A stretch of DNA of 64,000 bases from a virus (Duplodnaviria > Caudoviricetes), in the IMG/VR virus record IMGVR_UViG_3300025018_000091, one strand, 5' to 3'. A program made the translations under genes and the position numbers. Position 1 is the first letter of the stretch. Every line of letters begins with the position of its first letter. The notes under the pieces were generated by a model. It was not told the origin of the DNA and ran no database searches. It saw nothing but the letters and a program-made list of their open reading frames with translations. Below, in pieces: positions 49,059 to 59,662 of the stretch.

Positions 49059-49134
49059 TGGTAGGAAAGGTTGGACTTCAACCAACGTCCTGACAACCTT
49101 TACGTTGCCTGCTCTTTCTCTGAGCTACTTCCCT
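49059..49134 (-). ncRNA. tRNA-like element with a 6-bp anticodon stem and 6-nt loop
   Basis: D arm GCUC/GAGC, GGCAAC-GUAAAG-GUUGUC, T arm, ACCA. Confidence 0.6.
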
Positions 49135-49390
49135 ATATAATCAAACGAGATAATTAATCCTACTATCTATATATCAATATGCCTAAAAGTTTTATCCAGT
49201 TGTTATTTTTATTACAAGACCACCATTTATTATCAAATTAAGTCTTATTGGTCTCCAATCTTGAGTAAGCATATATGAGTTGCCATCTCTCTCAGCAACA
49301 CGAAAATTTATGTTTTTCTCTTTTAAAGTCGCTATTACATCCTCTTCTTTTTTCATAAGAAGACTCCCTATATCAACTCCAACATCTACC

Positions 49391-49493
49391 ATTGTAACCT
49401 CTTCTCACCGCCTGTCAAGCCCAGCGTTTTTCTTTTTTAACACCGCGCCCCGTTGCGTACACCATACTATAACACCGCCTCTCCGCCCGTCAA
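49391..49493 (-). promoter_or_regulatory. Tandem sigma70-like promoters heading the RNA array: TTGACA-N16-TACAAT (49391-49418) and TTGACG-N16-TATAGT (49466-49493)
   Basis: Near-consensus hexamers in a GC-rich context. Confidence 0.75.
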
Positions 49494-49543
49494 CCCCTCG
49501 CTATTTTTTTAAAAAGCCGCCGATAATATTTAGACATAAATCT

Positions 49544-50171
49544 ATGGAACTAAAAGAAATATTATCAAAGGTAGCACAATACGAGGCTCTAACTAAAAAG
49601 ATAGATCCAAACAAATATATTGTTTATACGCATGGAGTTGCCGGTAATGATAGGTTCTATATAAAATACAGAAACAAAACTGTTTGTACAATTAGTGTTT
49701 CCGCGATTAATCCGCAAATCAATGAAGTGATGGGATTTTTTTTCAACATCTCCTATCGCTGCTGCCATAGGAATGGCACTGTTAAACAAATATAAAACTC
49801 CATTAATTCCAGATCAAGAATCATTAACCGGAGACTCGTATCGAGTTTTAACTGCTTATTTCGATAGATATAAAAACGATCCTACATTAATTAGGAAGAT
49901 ATATCCTGATAAACCACTCACTCCATTTAATGCAGTATTCATGCACAATCCAGCTTTAGATAGCTTATCATCTAATATAGAAATAGTTGATATAAATAAT
50001 CAACCATTCGATAGGGCTCAAAGTTTCATACAAGATAGTGAACGTATATTCCAACAAACATATAATGTTGAAAATGCAATACCTATAAGTAACGATAATG
50101 AACTTGACTCTATCTATTCAAAATTAGATGATACAGATGAATCCGGTGAGCCATTGAAATCTGAAGTTTAA
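49544..50171 (+). CDS. Two overlapping hypothetical ORFs (49544-49795, 49773-50171)
   Basis: Plus-strand pair diverging from the array promoters. Confidence 0.5.
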
Positions 50172-50394
50172 TCGTGTGCCGACCACGCTTCTTGACAACA
50201 AACATCACCTTTATAATTCAAAGCCATAGTAAATAATTGTTCAAGTTCCAACTTAAGTTGGTCCAACTCCGCTTTCATTCTATCTCCGGTGCGCCTACCA
50301 AGATAGCCTGACTCATCCGCTGAACTCATATTTGAAGTTAATTCAATAATACGATCAACAATTTGATGATGCCTGGTCCACATCTCTTGCTTAG

Positions 50395-50911
50395 TCATTG
50401 TGTCCTCATCTTCTTAGCTAACGCCTCCTCAACATAAGGCGGAACAAACTTACTCACATCTCCACCAAACTTGTAGATTTGTTTAACCATAGACGAAGAC
50501 ACGACTGCCAATTTAGGATCCGTTGGAATGAATACTGTCTCAATTTTCGGCGCTAAAACTTTATTAATGCCAGCCAAATTAATTTCATATTCGAAATCTG
50601 AAACAGATCTAATTCCACGAATTAATATCTTCGCCATATGTTCTCTAGCAAAATCAGTTAACAACTTATCAAACGCTATAGCGTAAACAGAAGTTGGTAT
50701 ATATGGTGGCTTATCAGGATCTCCAAACTCACTTACTAAGAATTTAGTAATTAATTCCTGTCTTTCCTTAACAGAAAATAAAGGAGTTTTTCCTGGGTTA
50801 ATACCAATTCCCATAATCAATGTATCACAAAACTTCAAACTCCTATTGAAGATATCAATGTGACCATTCGTAATCGGATCAAAAAGATCCTGCGTAGATT
50901 GCAGTCACCAT
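50395..50911 (-). CDS. coaD: Phosphopantetheine adenylyltransferase (CoaD); frameshift in the A5 run at 50881-50885
   Basis: MVTAIYAGSF then DPITNGH in the adjacent frame; KTPLFSVKER, LIRGIRSVSDFEYE and VSSSMVK. Confidence 0.92.
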
Positions 50912-50952
50912 TTATATTAACCTTTCTTATCAGGTTCCGGAATAAACTAATC

Positions 50953-51660
50953 TTACTTTCCAAAATGTTTTTTATAAATAGAATAGAAATCGTCAGATGA
51001 TAAGTTACTACCAGTATCATGCATTGGTGCGAGATCATCTAAATCAATGTGAGACCAATCTACTGGAAAAGTAATCTTTCCCACAGTATCATCATTAACC
51101 CCTGGGTACTGACCAAACCCTAACAAATTCTTTTGTTTTATCTTATGTGTACTAATCTTCCATTTACCACCGCTATTACCACTAATACACTTAAACTCTT
51201 CATAATCATCATCAGATACTTCATATACTCTTCCGATATGTCGCCACCAAGATGTCTCTGGCTTTCCTGGTTGACTCCTATCAAAAATAATAAGATCACC
51301 AACCTTAATAGTATAAGATAAATCAAGCACATCTTTGATAGGTTTCCACAATCCTTTACTTTCAAGGTCAGCAACAATCTCTACTACACCAAGTCTACAT
51401 TCATGTGGCTTTTCTTCTCCAGGTAATAGAGAATTTAACATACAAAATGAAGCACTCGCCGCACACCAATTACCTTTGGTAAAATGTAGATTAACTTCTT
51501 TACCCTTGATCTTTCTAGTACAAATACTGAAGTATTCTCTAATTCTTGGAGAAGTATACGAACCCGGTTTGTCTTCTTGTACGCCGTTATTTAATTCATT
51601 TTCAGCAAATGCCACACAGCGTTCACCTAAACTTAATAGAGGATTCTGCCACTTACTCAT
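50953..51660 (-). CDS. CHAP/NlpC-P60-like cysteine peptidase (possible cell-wall hydrolase)
   Basis: NWCAASAS, GDLIIF, HIGRV and ISGNS. Confidence 0.65.
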   Translation of the reverse strand: MSKWQNPLLSLGERCVAFAENELNNGVQEDKPGSYTSPRIREYFSICTRKIKGKEVNLHFTKGNWCAASASFCMLNSLLPGEEKPHECRLGVVEIVADLESKGLWKPIKDVLDLSYTIKVGDLIIFDRSQPGKPETSWWRHIGRVYEVSDDDYEEFKCISGNSGGKWKISTHKIKQKNLLGFGQYPGVNDDTVGKITFPVDWSHIDLDDLAPMHDTGSNLSSDDFYSIYKKHFGK

Positions 51661-51865
51661 CTCATTCCTTCAATTTACTATTCATCTTCATTTGCATTCA
51701 AAGTTATAGTTCCAGTGCCTTTGAAATCAGAATATAATCCGCCTTTTTCAAGACCACATCTAATACACTTTCCATTTGCCAATAGATATGTACTATTGAA
51801 TCCTTGTTGATAAGTTAGTACCAAATCCCATTTGTGCCCTATACAAAGACAGATTAATTCTTTAA

Positions 51866-52489
51866 TCATTTTCCCTTACCAAAAAATCCAGACTTAGAAG
51901 GTCCACTCATACGATATCTCTTCATAGACTTAGAGACGTCTTGATATAAGCTGCGAGTCCCTGCTGGTGTTGGCATATAATCCATCGTATTATGTTGTGC
52001 AACACCTATTGAAGCTCCTTCTGCCATAGAATCAATATTGGCTCCCATGAAAACAAATTCCCACTTATAAACATCTTGTTGATGTTCAACCATAGATTTA
52101 ATCTGTTCCTTAGAAAATTCTACACTAGAGTTCTCTTCGCCATCTGTAATGACCAAGAAGATAACCTTAGAAGGGCGTTCATCCTCTTCCATTGTAGCCA
52201 ACTTAGCACCAACAGAATTAATGGTTTTACCCAATGCATCTAACAAAGCAGTACCACCTGCCGCTCTATATGTAGAAGAATCTAAATCAGAAATATCTGC
52301 TAATACCTTACAGTCATGTACCAAAGTATAATCTATACTGAATATTGCTAGAGTCAATACTGCTTCACCGGGCACATCTCTTTGGTCGGCTAGAAACTGA
52401 TTGAATCCACCAATAGTGTCGGATGTCAATCTTTGCATAGAACCACTTCTATCTATAACTACATTAATTGAGGTAAAATTTTCTTTCAT
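51866..52489 (-). CDS. von Willebrand factor A domain protein
   Basis: VIDRSGSM, GGTALLDA and ITDGEENSS. Confidence 0.92.
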   Translation of the reverse strand: MKENFTSINVVIDRSGSMQRLTSDTIGGFNQFLADQRDVPGEAVLTLAIFSIDYTLVHDCKVLADISDLDSSTYRAAGGTALLDALGKTINSVGAKLATMEEDERPSKVIFLVITDGEENSSVEFSKEQIKSMVEHQQDVYKWEFVFMGANIDSMAEGASIGVAQHNTMDYMPTPAGTRSLYQDVSKSMKRYRMSGPSKSGFFGKGK

Positions 52490-52521
52490 AATCGCTCCGT
52501 GGCTAGTGTTTAGTAACTGTA

Positions 52522-52908
52522 CTATATCAGTTTAAAACTTAATTTCTCTTGATGAGATAATTGTTTAATTTTGTATTCGAGCTTCATTGCTTCAGATTTT
52601 GTGGCGCAAAGATAATAAGAAACAATCCTAACTGGTCGTCTGGCTCTTGTATATTTTGCGCCCTTTCCATTATTGTGGATTTTTATTCTTTTCGCTAGAT
52701 TATTCGTAGCTCCCGTATATAATGTCCCATCGGCACATAATACAATATATGCTGCCCATTGTATTCCAATCTCAATAAGCTCTCGGCATGACTTGCAATA
52801 ATGCTGTTTTTTATCACAAGCAATTGCCATGGTCCTGCATTCACCTTGACCACAATTTAAACAAGGTGCATCACAGTAAGTATCATGTTCCCATGCAGTA
52901 TTCATCAC
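52522..52908 (-). CDS. GIY-YIG nuclease (UPF0213-like)
   Basis: YIVLCADGTLYTGATNNLAKRIKIHN.GKGAKYTR. Confidence 0.9.
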   Translation of the reverse strand: MMNTAWEHDTYCDAPCLNCGQGECRTMAIACDKKQHYCKSCRELIEIGIQWAAYIVLCADGTLYTGATNNLAKRIKIHNNGKGAKYTRARRPVRIVSYYLCATKSEAMKLEYKIKQLSHQEKLSFKLI

Positions 52909-53756
52909 ACACCAAACACTTGTTTGAAAGTCGTATATATTGGCGTACCTTCTCTTGAATCATACACTGCAAAACATACATGACCAAAATCAGGGATATC
53001 AACCAATGCTTGCTTGAAAGCATTGGCTACCATATCTGGATCATTTCCAAACGCCCCACATCCCCATGCTCCAAGAATTATATTCTCATGTTGATAAAGT
53101 CTGGCAATATGTAGAATTTTCAATATCCTATTATAAATAACAGAATATAAAACCTTTTCATCTATATCCTCCATTGACCTTACGTTTGGGGCAGGTGCTG
53201 AAATTATAGATAAATAATATGGATTTTCAAGGAACTGATTATATTCATCCCTAAAGAAAGGAACATTGGGAGAATAGATTATATTATCTGTATAGAATGT
53301 ATCATCACAAAGAATGTTCTCATTATAGAACACAGGCTTACGTTTAGTACAAACATATAATCCAGAACGCCTACAAAGGTCTTCTTCTTGAGCAACCGCT
53401 CCAGATAAAAAGCCGCCGCCAACATTACGAGCAGAAGCAAAATTCAATGCCACTATATCTTTTTTATTATCAGCAAGCAAACGAACCGCTGCTTGTGTGG
53501 TTGTTTCATTTACAACATCTACGATAGGGGCTGTCACGCTGGCTACAGGCGAAGTAGGTTGAGCATAAATGGCAGGAGTTACATCCTGAAATAGTTTGGT
53601 ATGATCAATAGCTTCATCCAAAGCAAAAGAAATGTCAACAATATTTCCGCTTGGTGCAATATATTGTTTATGTTTTAATACATCTAGCGTATCTTTTGCG
53701 AGGGAAACATTCTTTGTCCTAGCATTCATTAATGCAACACCATCACGTTTAATCAT
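52905..53756 (-). CDS. TIGR02452 family macrodomain (bacterial PARG-like)
   Basis: LNFASARNVGGGF, AQEEDLCRRS and ILGAWGCGAFGND. Confidence 0.92.
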   Translation of the reverse strand: MIKRDGVALMNARTKNVSLAKDTLDVLKHKQYIAPSGNIVDISFALDEAIDHTKLFQDVTPAIYAQPTSPVASVTAPIVDVVNETTTQAAVRLLADNKKDIVALNFASARNVGGGFLSGAVAQEEDLCRRSGLYVCTKRKPVFYNENILCDDTFYTDNIIYSPNVPFFRDEYNQFLENPYYLSIISAPAPNVRSMEDIDEKVLYSVIYNRILKILHIARLYQHENIILGAWGCGAFGNDPDMVANAFKQALVDIPDFGHVCFAVYDSREGTPIYTTFKQVFGV

Positions 53757-53936
53757 TTAATGTCACTTTCTATATCACGAATCGAATATGATGAATTAAA
53801 TCCTGGTTGTGGATGTAGTTTATTGCGCTCTAATAATTCATCTAATTTCTTTTCACAAGATGTCTTAGATTTAGATGCAAAGACAGGATAAGAATACCAG
53901 CACTCACCAATATCTTCGAATAATAAATATATCATT

Positions 53937-54107
53937 TGGTGCATCCCCCAAGATTCGAACTTCGGCAGATAAAATCCATTATAAACATCATGTGGTTGCG
54001 ATCCACAATATAGTTTATAGCTTCAATTAAAGGTTCAGTTAATCACCAGAAACATTAATCTTGATAATCGCCGCGCGATCAATTATCTATAATGCCTGAA
54101 AAGACAC
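53937..54107 (-). ncRNA. Candidate tRNA/tmRNA-like RNA (171 nt)
   Basis: 3' UUCGAAU T-loop, ...GGAUGC-ACCA; wobble-rich acceptor with G3-U70; internal hairpins. Confidence 0.4.
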
Positions 54108-54319
54108 ATATAGATAATCATCCTCCACACCAACCACAACCACCAGGAATATACCCACATTTTTTACAAAGTGTTCTTTTACAATGCCCACAATGACTGT
54201 ATGGTGTCCCAGTTATAAGTTCGTGGCATGACGAACATTTATAGTTCAATTGGCATGAAGAACAGTTATTATTCAATAACCAAACTTTGGTAATTTGTTT
54301 AACAAACCAATCCAAAATT

Positions 54320-54997
54320 TCATTTCTCTGCATATTTATTTCCTAATTTGGAACAAGATTTGCATTGTGTTGATTTATCATTCAATAAATCAAATGCCGA
54401 TACAATCGCTTCTTTATCACATTCGCAACGGCAATTGTATTTGTTACAACCATCAACTTTACTAATAATTGTCCAAGAATTGAACTTATCACCAACATTA
54501 AGATAAGTTCGTTTCTTTGGTGTAGTGAAAGCTTTCAGCGGCTCCCAGCCTTCTGATATTCTATCTTTTGCCAAAGTATATTGAATATTATATATTTCAC
54601 ACCACTCTACCATTGGTTTGGTTTCAGAACCAATGGTAATTAATTTGGTGGTCCTACGATTGCGAGCCTGCTGTTTATCAGTTGCCCAGCGACAATTATC
54701 AGGAGAATAATTCCCATCACTATCGATCCTATCAATAGAATGTTTGGCAGATGGCTTGAGCCCCATATCTTGATGGAAATTATCAAATCCATCAACACCA
54801 AGCCACCTATCACAAACAGTTATTCCTCTACCACCATAATTCTCATAAAAAGGAGTTTGTGGATAATAACACCTACGTATCATATGATACCAAGCATTAT
54901 ATTCTTTAGTCCTTGAATTTGAATATTTGTACTTAAATCTTGAGGGAAGATTAAAGTTTAATCTGCTCGATTGTGTTGACCCATAAGTCTGCATCAT
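54320..54997 (-). CDS. HNH-type homing endonuclease
   Basis: YGGRGITVCDRW, SIDRIDSDGNYSPDNCRWAT.KQQARN. Confidence 0.88.
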   Translation of the reverse strand: MMQTYGSTQSSRLNFNLPSRFKYKYSNSRTKEYNAWYHMIRRCYYPQTPFYENYGGRGITVCDRWLGVDGFDNFHQDMGLKPSAKHSIDRIDSDGNYSPDNCRWATDKQQARNRRTTKLITIGSETKPMVEWCEIYNIQYTLAKDRISEGWEPLKAFTTPKKRTYLNVGDKFNSWTIISKVDGCNKYNCRCECDKEAIVSAFDLLNDKSTQCKSCSKLGNKYAEK

Positions 54998-56522
54998 TTC
55001 CGTACTCCATGAACTTATATATCACGTCAAATACAGAATCGCCGAATCCTCCAATGTTAAGCACGTCATTTCTCGAATGAGCTTGCGTAGTTGCTCCTGG
55101 TTGAATATCAATGCAAACTAGCTTTGCATTTGGGTTGTTTTTCTTAAACTTCTGCCAAGCATACATAGTAGCAGTGCTACGATAACGTCCAGAATCAACC
55201 CAAGACTCGTTATCTGAAACATAAATCACTAGGTCTCCCTTAGCTCCTTCACGATTCAGTTGTTCTAATGGAAGTGAACAGCTAGTTCCACCACCACCAA
55301 ACTTAGCTAGATAAGCTGCATTTGTCATGATAGAATCCATAGGATTCATCTTAGCATTATGCACCCTAGTATCGAAAGGCATAACTCTTGCTTCTGGGTT
55401 CTTACGCAAGATTGCTGCCGCAACCAAAGCTGCAACATCTACACAAGTCGTCTTTGAAGTCACCGTTGAACGGTATCCCGTTACTGGAGAAGCCATCGAA
55501 CCTGAAACGTCTACCATTACATAGACTTTCCCATTGATTTCAGGAATGTTCTCACAAGCTACTTCCGCAGCCTTTTGCAAAGCCATGTTTAACTTCATAG
55601 GAACCTTCTCATCAATGTTTTTGAAAGCCGTGAACAACTGATATGGGAATACCTTTGCTCTACGAATCTGCTCTGGATCTGCCAACTTATCTGCCAAAAC
55701 AGAAACCAACTTAGTATCTTCCAACACACCGTGGCGTGCGAAAGTATTCAAATTCATTCTGACCTGAGTCCAAGTTGCATTGTCAGCAATCTTCTTCCAG
55801 TGTTCCTTTGTTAGAGGCAAAGCAGTCAACATCTGGAAAGGAACGTTAGGGATCTCTCCCTTCATATCCTTCTTGAAGGCTTGGAACTGACGAACCAATG
55901 GGCATAGATCTTTTCTATTATACTCCTTGTCAAGCAAGTAAGCATACATAGCATTTCTATTCTTGTTCGTTGGACGAGGGTGTACCAACTTGATAATATC
56001 TTCTAGCGAAGGATCATTACCAACATTAGCCTTAAACAACTGCTCATCAGTCAACCCCTCAAGATAAGCCTGTATTAACTTCTTTGGACGAGTACCCAAA
56101 GACTTACGTCCCGTTGCTCCAGAACGAACAATCTGCACAAAATTGCGCACCATCTTTGGATTGTCAATGACCTTTGGAAAAATCTTCGAAAGGAGTTCTG
56201 GCGCTCTACCTGCAACCAAAGCTGCAAGAACAGCAGGCATATCCTTCATAAGTCCCTTCTGTCTCGAATACACTGCCAACTTTGCCAAGAACTCAGGACT
56301 AACCTTCTTGGAAAGTTCAAGTACCTTATTCAACTGATCCTTATCAGAAGCATAATACGTACCGTTAAGACAACCAGTCATTGCATACTGCGCAAGCGCA
56401 GCTTTATCACTCAACTTATAAGCCTGTCCTCCAGCTTCATTCACCGTATCGGCTGCTCTCACAACCTTAACTGAAGTTGACTTGCTGTTTGACTTGTTTG
56501 AGAATAGGTTCTTAGATGCCAT
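54951..56522 (-). CDS. rsr: Ro60/TROVE domain RNA-binding protein with C-terminal vWA domain
   Basis: NEAGGQAY, LAKLAVYSRQKGLMKD, VRMNLNTFARHG, VFPYQL and MIDAS VDVSGSM. Confidence 0.93.
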   Translation of the reverse strand: MASKNLFSNKSNSKSTSVKVVRAADTVNEAGGQAYKLSDKAALAQYAMTGCLNGTYYASDKDQLNKVLELSKKVSPEFLAKLAVYSRQKGLMKDMPAVLAALVAGRAPELLSKIFPKVIDNPKMVRNFVQIVRSGATGRKSLGTRPKKLIQAYLEGLTDEQLFKANVGNDPSLEDIIKLVHPRPTNKNRNAMYAYLLDKEYNRKDLCPLVRQFQAFKKDMKGEIPNVPFQMLTALPLTKEHWKKIADNATWTQVRMNLNTFARHGVLEDTKLVSVLADKLADPEQIRRAKVFPYQLFTAFKNIDEKVPMKLNMALQKAAEVACENIPEINGKVYVMVDVSGSMASPVTGYRSTVTSKTTCVDVAALVAAAILRKNPEARVMPFDTRVHNAKMNPMDSIMTNAAYLAKFGGGGTSCSLPLEQLNREGAKGDLVIYVSDNESWVDSGRYRSTATMYAWQKFKKNNPNAKLVCIDIQPGATTQAHSRNDVLNIGGFGDSVFDVIYKFMEYGNDADLWVNTIEQIKL

Positions 56523-56884
56523 GATAGACTCCTTTTATTTGAAATATGGTTTCAACAATTACGACCTCAACGCCGTGTCGCAACAATATGTACACGATTT
56601 GCGCGGCGTCAAACCCGATCCGAATTTTATTTAATACGCAAAGCAATAAATGCTTCAATACGTAAATGAAATACGCTCACTCATTTAATCCTCCTTCTAA
56701 CACGAATATAAATAGTCATAACAAAAGAATGCCAACTCTTCTGTTCGTAACTATTTATATATCAATATTGATAGAAGTTTTGATTAAATCATTCCTCGGG
56801 AGGAAGAAAAAATATATTCTCGACAGAAATACTGTCAAGCTGATTTTAACTGACGAAACCAAACCCCTTGTTATATATTATAAC

Positions 56885-57562
56885 ATGAAATGTAAATTAT
56901 GTTTAATTGATAAACAAGTAGACGAATTTTATTTAGTCAACAAAACGAAAAATTATCGTGATAATACTTGTAAAAAATGCAGAAAACAAAACGCAAAATC
57001 CTATAAGGAAAAACATAAAGAAGAATATTGCGCATACTACAAACAATATAGACAGAAAAATAAAAGTAAAAAGATAGAAAATGATAAAGAATACTACAAA
57101 GACAATTCTAATAAAATCAAAACCAGAGTGTCAAAATATAAAGAATTACATAATGAAGAAATTAAAACATGGTATGCAAAATATAGGTATACATCTAATG
57201 GTCGTTATTCTATAGCAAAAGCCCAGGCTAAAAGGAAAGGTAAATTATTTAATCTGACAAAAGAAGAATACGCACTAGAAATAAATAAACCATGTTATTA
57301 TTGTAACAATATTTTAGGCGTACAAACTAAAACATCTATAGGTTTAGATAGATTAGATAATAATCGTGGATATGAAAAAGACAACGTTGTTTCTTGCTGT
57401 AATGTTTGCAATACAATTAAAAATCAATATCTAACAGATAAAGAAACTTTAGCTGCAGTAAAACTTATATCACTAATAAGAATTAGTAATTTGGAGAATA
57501 AAAACGATGTCCTTCAACAGATATTGAATCTACTTGGTTTGGAGAAATGCGAAATTGTCTAA
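56885..57562 (+). CDS. HNH-like homing endonuclease
   Basis: CKLC...CKKC; PCYYC...GLDRLDNNRGYEKDNVVSCCNVCN. Confidence 0.8.
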   Translation: MKCKLCLIDKQVDEFYLVNKTKNYRDNTCKKCRKQNAKSYKEKHKEEYCAYYKQYRQKNKSKKIENDKEYYKDNSNKIKTRVSKYKELHNEEIKTWYAKYRYTSNGRYSIAKAQAKRKGKLFNLTKEEYALEINKPCYYCNNILGVQTKTSIGLDRLDNNRGYEKDNVVSCCNVCNTIKNQYLTDKETLAAVKLISLIRISNLENKNDVLQQILNLLGLEKCEIV

Positions 57563-58034
57563 ATGAACCAACAGGACACATACGACGCAACCTATCCTTA
57601 GCCACAGTCAAAGGCTTACGATTCTTGGTCTTATGAATTCCTGGCATAAGGATCTTCTTATGAACAACCAATCCATATAGATGGATAGTATTAGATTCTT
57701 CATGAAGTTTCACTCCCTTAATGTAAGTTCCATTTGAATCAGTAAAACGACGATAGGCATCGTCAACCTCTTCAATAGGAGTTGTCTCAATACGGTCCAA
57801 TGAATTCATAAAGCTGGCTAGACACTCTTCTTTTGCCTGCGCCTCTAGTTCATCAGCAGGGACCAGTGCTTCCAATTTTGCAATGCTTCGAAGCAAAGCA
57901 TTCTTGTAGCTCATATGAAAAACAATACTAAAATCAGAAACCTCACCACTCTCAGAACGATAACCCTTCAAAGTCAGAAAGGTAGAAGAAGTTCGAAGCT
58001 TTCCCAATTCTGCAACAAATTGTTGTTGATCCAT
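57483..58034 (-). CDS. Hypothetical protein
   Basis: 183 aa ORF with AAAGGA RBS. Confidence 0.65.
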   Translation of the reverse strand: MDQQQFVAELGKLRTSSTFLTLKGYRSESGEVSDFSIVFHMSYKNALLRSIAKLEALVPADELEAQAKEECLASFMNSLDRIETTPIEEVDDAYRRFTDSNGTYIKGVKLHEESNTIHLYGLVVHKKILMPGIHKTKNRKPLTVAKDRLRRMCPVGSFRQFRISPNQVDSISVEGHRFYSPNY

Positions 58035-58469
58035 AATAACTTTCCTTTAATGGTTAATTTGCAGACGATCCTATTCGTCAGCCTCATATACAGGCTTGCC
58101 CCGCTCACTCGATGGGGCGAGCAATTTGGCACGAATATTGCATCAATCTCTTAATACTTTACAATAGCCACCACAGGGGCATTCCAAATCTACTTTATCT
58201 TCTTGTACCTTTTTAATATCATCCTCATCATCAAACTCCACAGATAATATAGTTTCACACTCTTCACATTTAAAAAGGAATTTTCGCATTTGAGTAAACA
58301 TAATCAAATGCTTATAGATTCGTAGTTCTTAATTTATAAGATATATTTATGGCTAAATAACGGTAAATATATTTACAGAAATGAAATTTCTTAACTTTAA
58401 TACTATAGCAAGGACATTAAGACTTATTGTGCTAGAGCTACATAATATGGCTGATATATTTACTGAACG

Positions 58470-59630
58470 TTAATCTTCTAAATATGAAGCTAAAAAGATC
58501 ATACCTAATACACACCAATCCATATTAGGGTTATTTAATAATTCTTTTACAGTATAAACTTCAATAAATGTTCTTTCTGTATCAGATTCTACACCATGAA
58601 CAATTCCCTTCTGAGACTTAAACCACTTCATTTCATCTTCAGTTAGTTCAACTGAATAAAAATATGATCTGTGTGATGATAGTGTTGCACATAGTTGACG
58701 AGACTGATGGAACTTAAGTCTATCTGGTTCTACTGCAAAACCTGTCTCTTCTAATACTTCTTCTGCTGCTACTACCTTTGGATGCTCTGTTTTCTTAGAA
58801 GATCCTCCGACTAACTCTCGAACAAATCCATCTTCAGATACTGATGGTGTTCTGAATTCTTTTACTATTATTAGTTCCGAATCCTCTAACTTATCTTCTC
58901 TCTTCCATAATAGAATAGAAGAAATGTCTGGTCTAGCCAGAACAAATTCATTTGTCTTATGACGGTCTTCGTCTTTAATATAAATATCCGCCTTTAAAAT
59001 CCACATAAATACAAAGCTTTTATGCCCCGGTCTAAATGAATATAAAACTTTAGCACCATCTAATCTGTTACCAGCTTTAGTCTGCGCATTATACCAAGAT
59101 TGAAATGAATCTAATTTCCAAATATACAGCGGAACAAAACGCTCACCACCAGCACGTTCCTCTCCCTTACCCAACATATCCATTGCATTAGTAAGAGTCT
59201 CAGTTAAAGAATCACCTATAGGAACATTATATTTCTCAGAATAATTCAATAGATATCTATTCTTTGGAGCATCTTCTGGGGCACCGAACACAATCTTTCC
59301 AGACTCACACCACATACCAAACTCAACATTTGTAGTAAATGCTGGCATTGTTTCTAAATCTCTTGGCACCCAGAATACAATACAATCTGCTATATTAAGA
59401 TGTTCTTCTTCCCACTCTATAATTTTTTCGTAATCAAAAGATTCATCAAACTTATTATCATTATTCTCTGGACAAAAAATAACACCATCATATCCCTTAT
59501 CACTTAAGATCTGTATTGCATCTTTTCGCCACGACTCTATATCTTGCCCAGATCTTACAGATGGTCCAGCCAAAAATATACTTTTATTAATTGTTTTTGG
59601 TAATTCATCATTATAATAAATGATTTGCAT
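58470..59630 (-). CDS. Nucleoside 2-deoxyribosyltransferase-like domain fused to a Nudix hydrolase
   Basis: SIFLAGP, SWR, EWEEEHL, TTNVEFG; Nudix-like ELVGG...AAEEVLEETG. Confidence 0.8.
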   Translation of the reverse strand: MQIIYYNDELPKTINKSIFLAGPSVRSGQDIESWRKDAIQILSDKGYDGVIFCPENNDNKFDESFDYEKIIEWEEEHLNIADCIVFWVPRDLETMPAFTTNVEFGMWCESGKIVFGAPEDAPKNRYLLNYSEKYNVPIGDSLTETLTNAMDMLGKGEERAGGERFVPLYIWKLDSFQSWYNAQTKAGNRLDGAKVLYSFRPGHKSFVFMWILKADIYIKDEDRHKTNEFVLARPDISSILLWKREDKLEDSELIIVKEFRTPSVSEDGFVRELVGGSSKKTEHPKVVAAEEVLEETGFAVEPDRLKFHQSRQLCATLSSHRSYFYSVELTEDEMKWFKSQKGIVHGVESDTERTFIEVYTVKELLNNPNMDWCVLGMIFLASYLED

Positions 59631-59662
59631 AATTATCTCCTATGGAGGATATATAACATAGT

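Noticed and set aside
42443-49140. Short ORF-track ORFs in the RNA array (e.g. 42443-42649, 43030-43221, 43328-43519, 43831-44040, 44520-44711, 46899-47096, 47403-47630, 48934-49140; also 21882-22085, 30827-31027, 33469-33768, 40742-40948)
   Set aside because: They are chance frames across tRNA, Y-RNA or rnpB genes.
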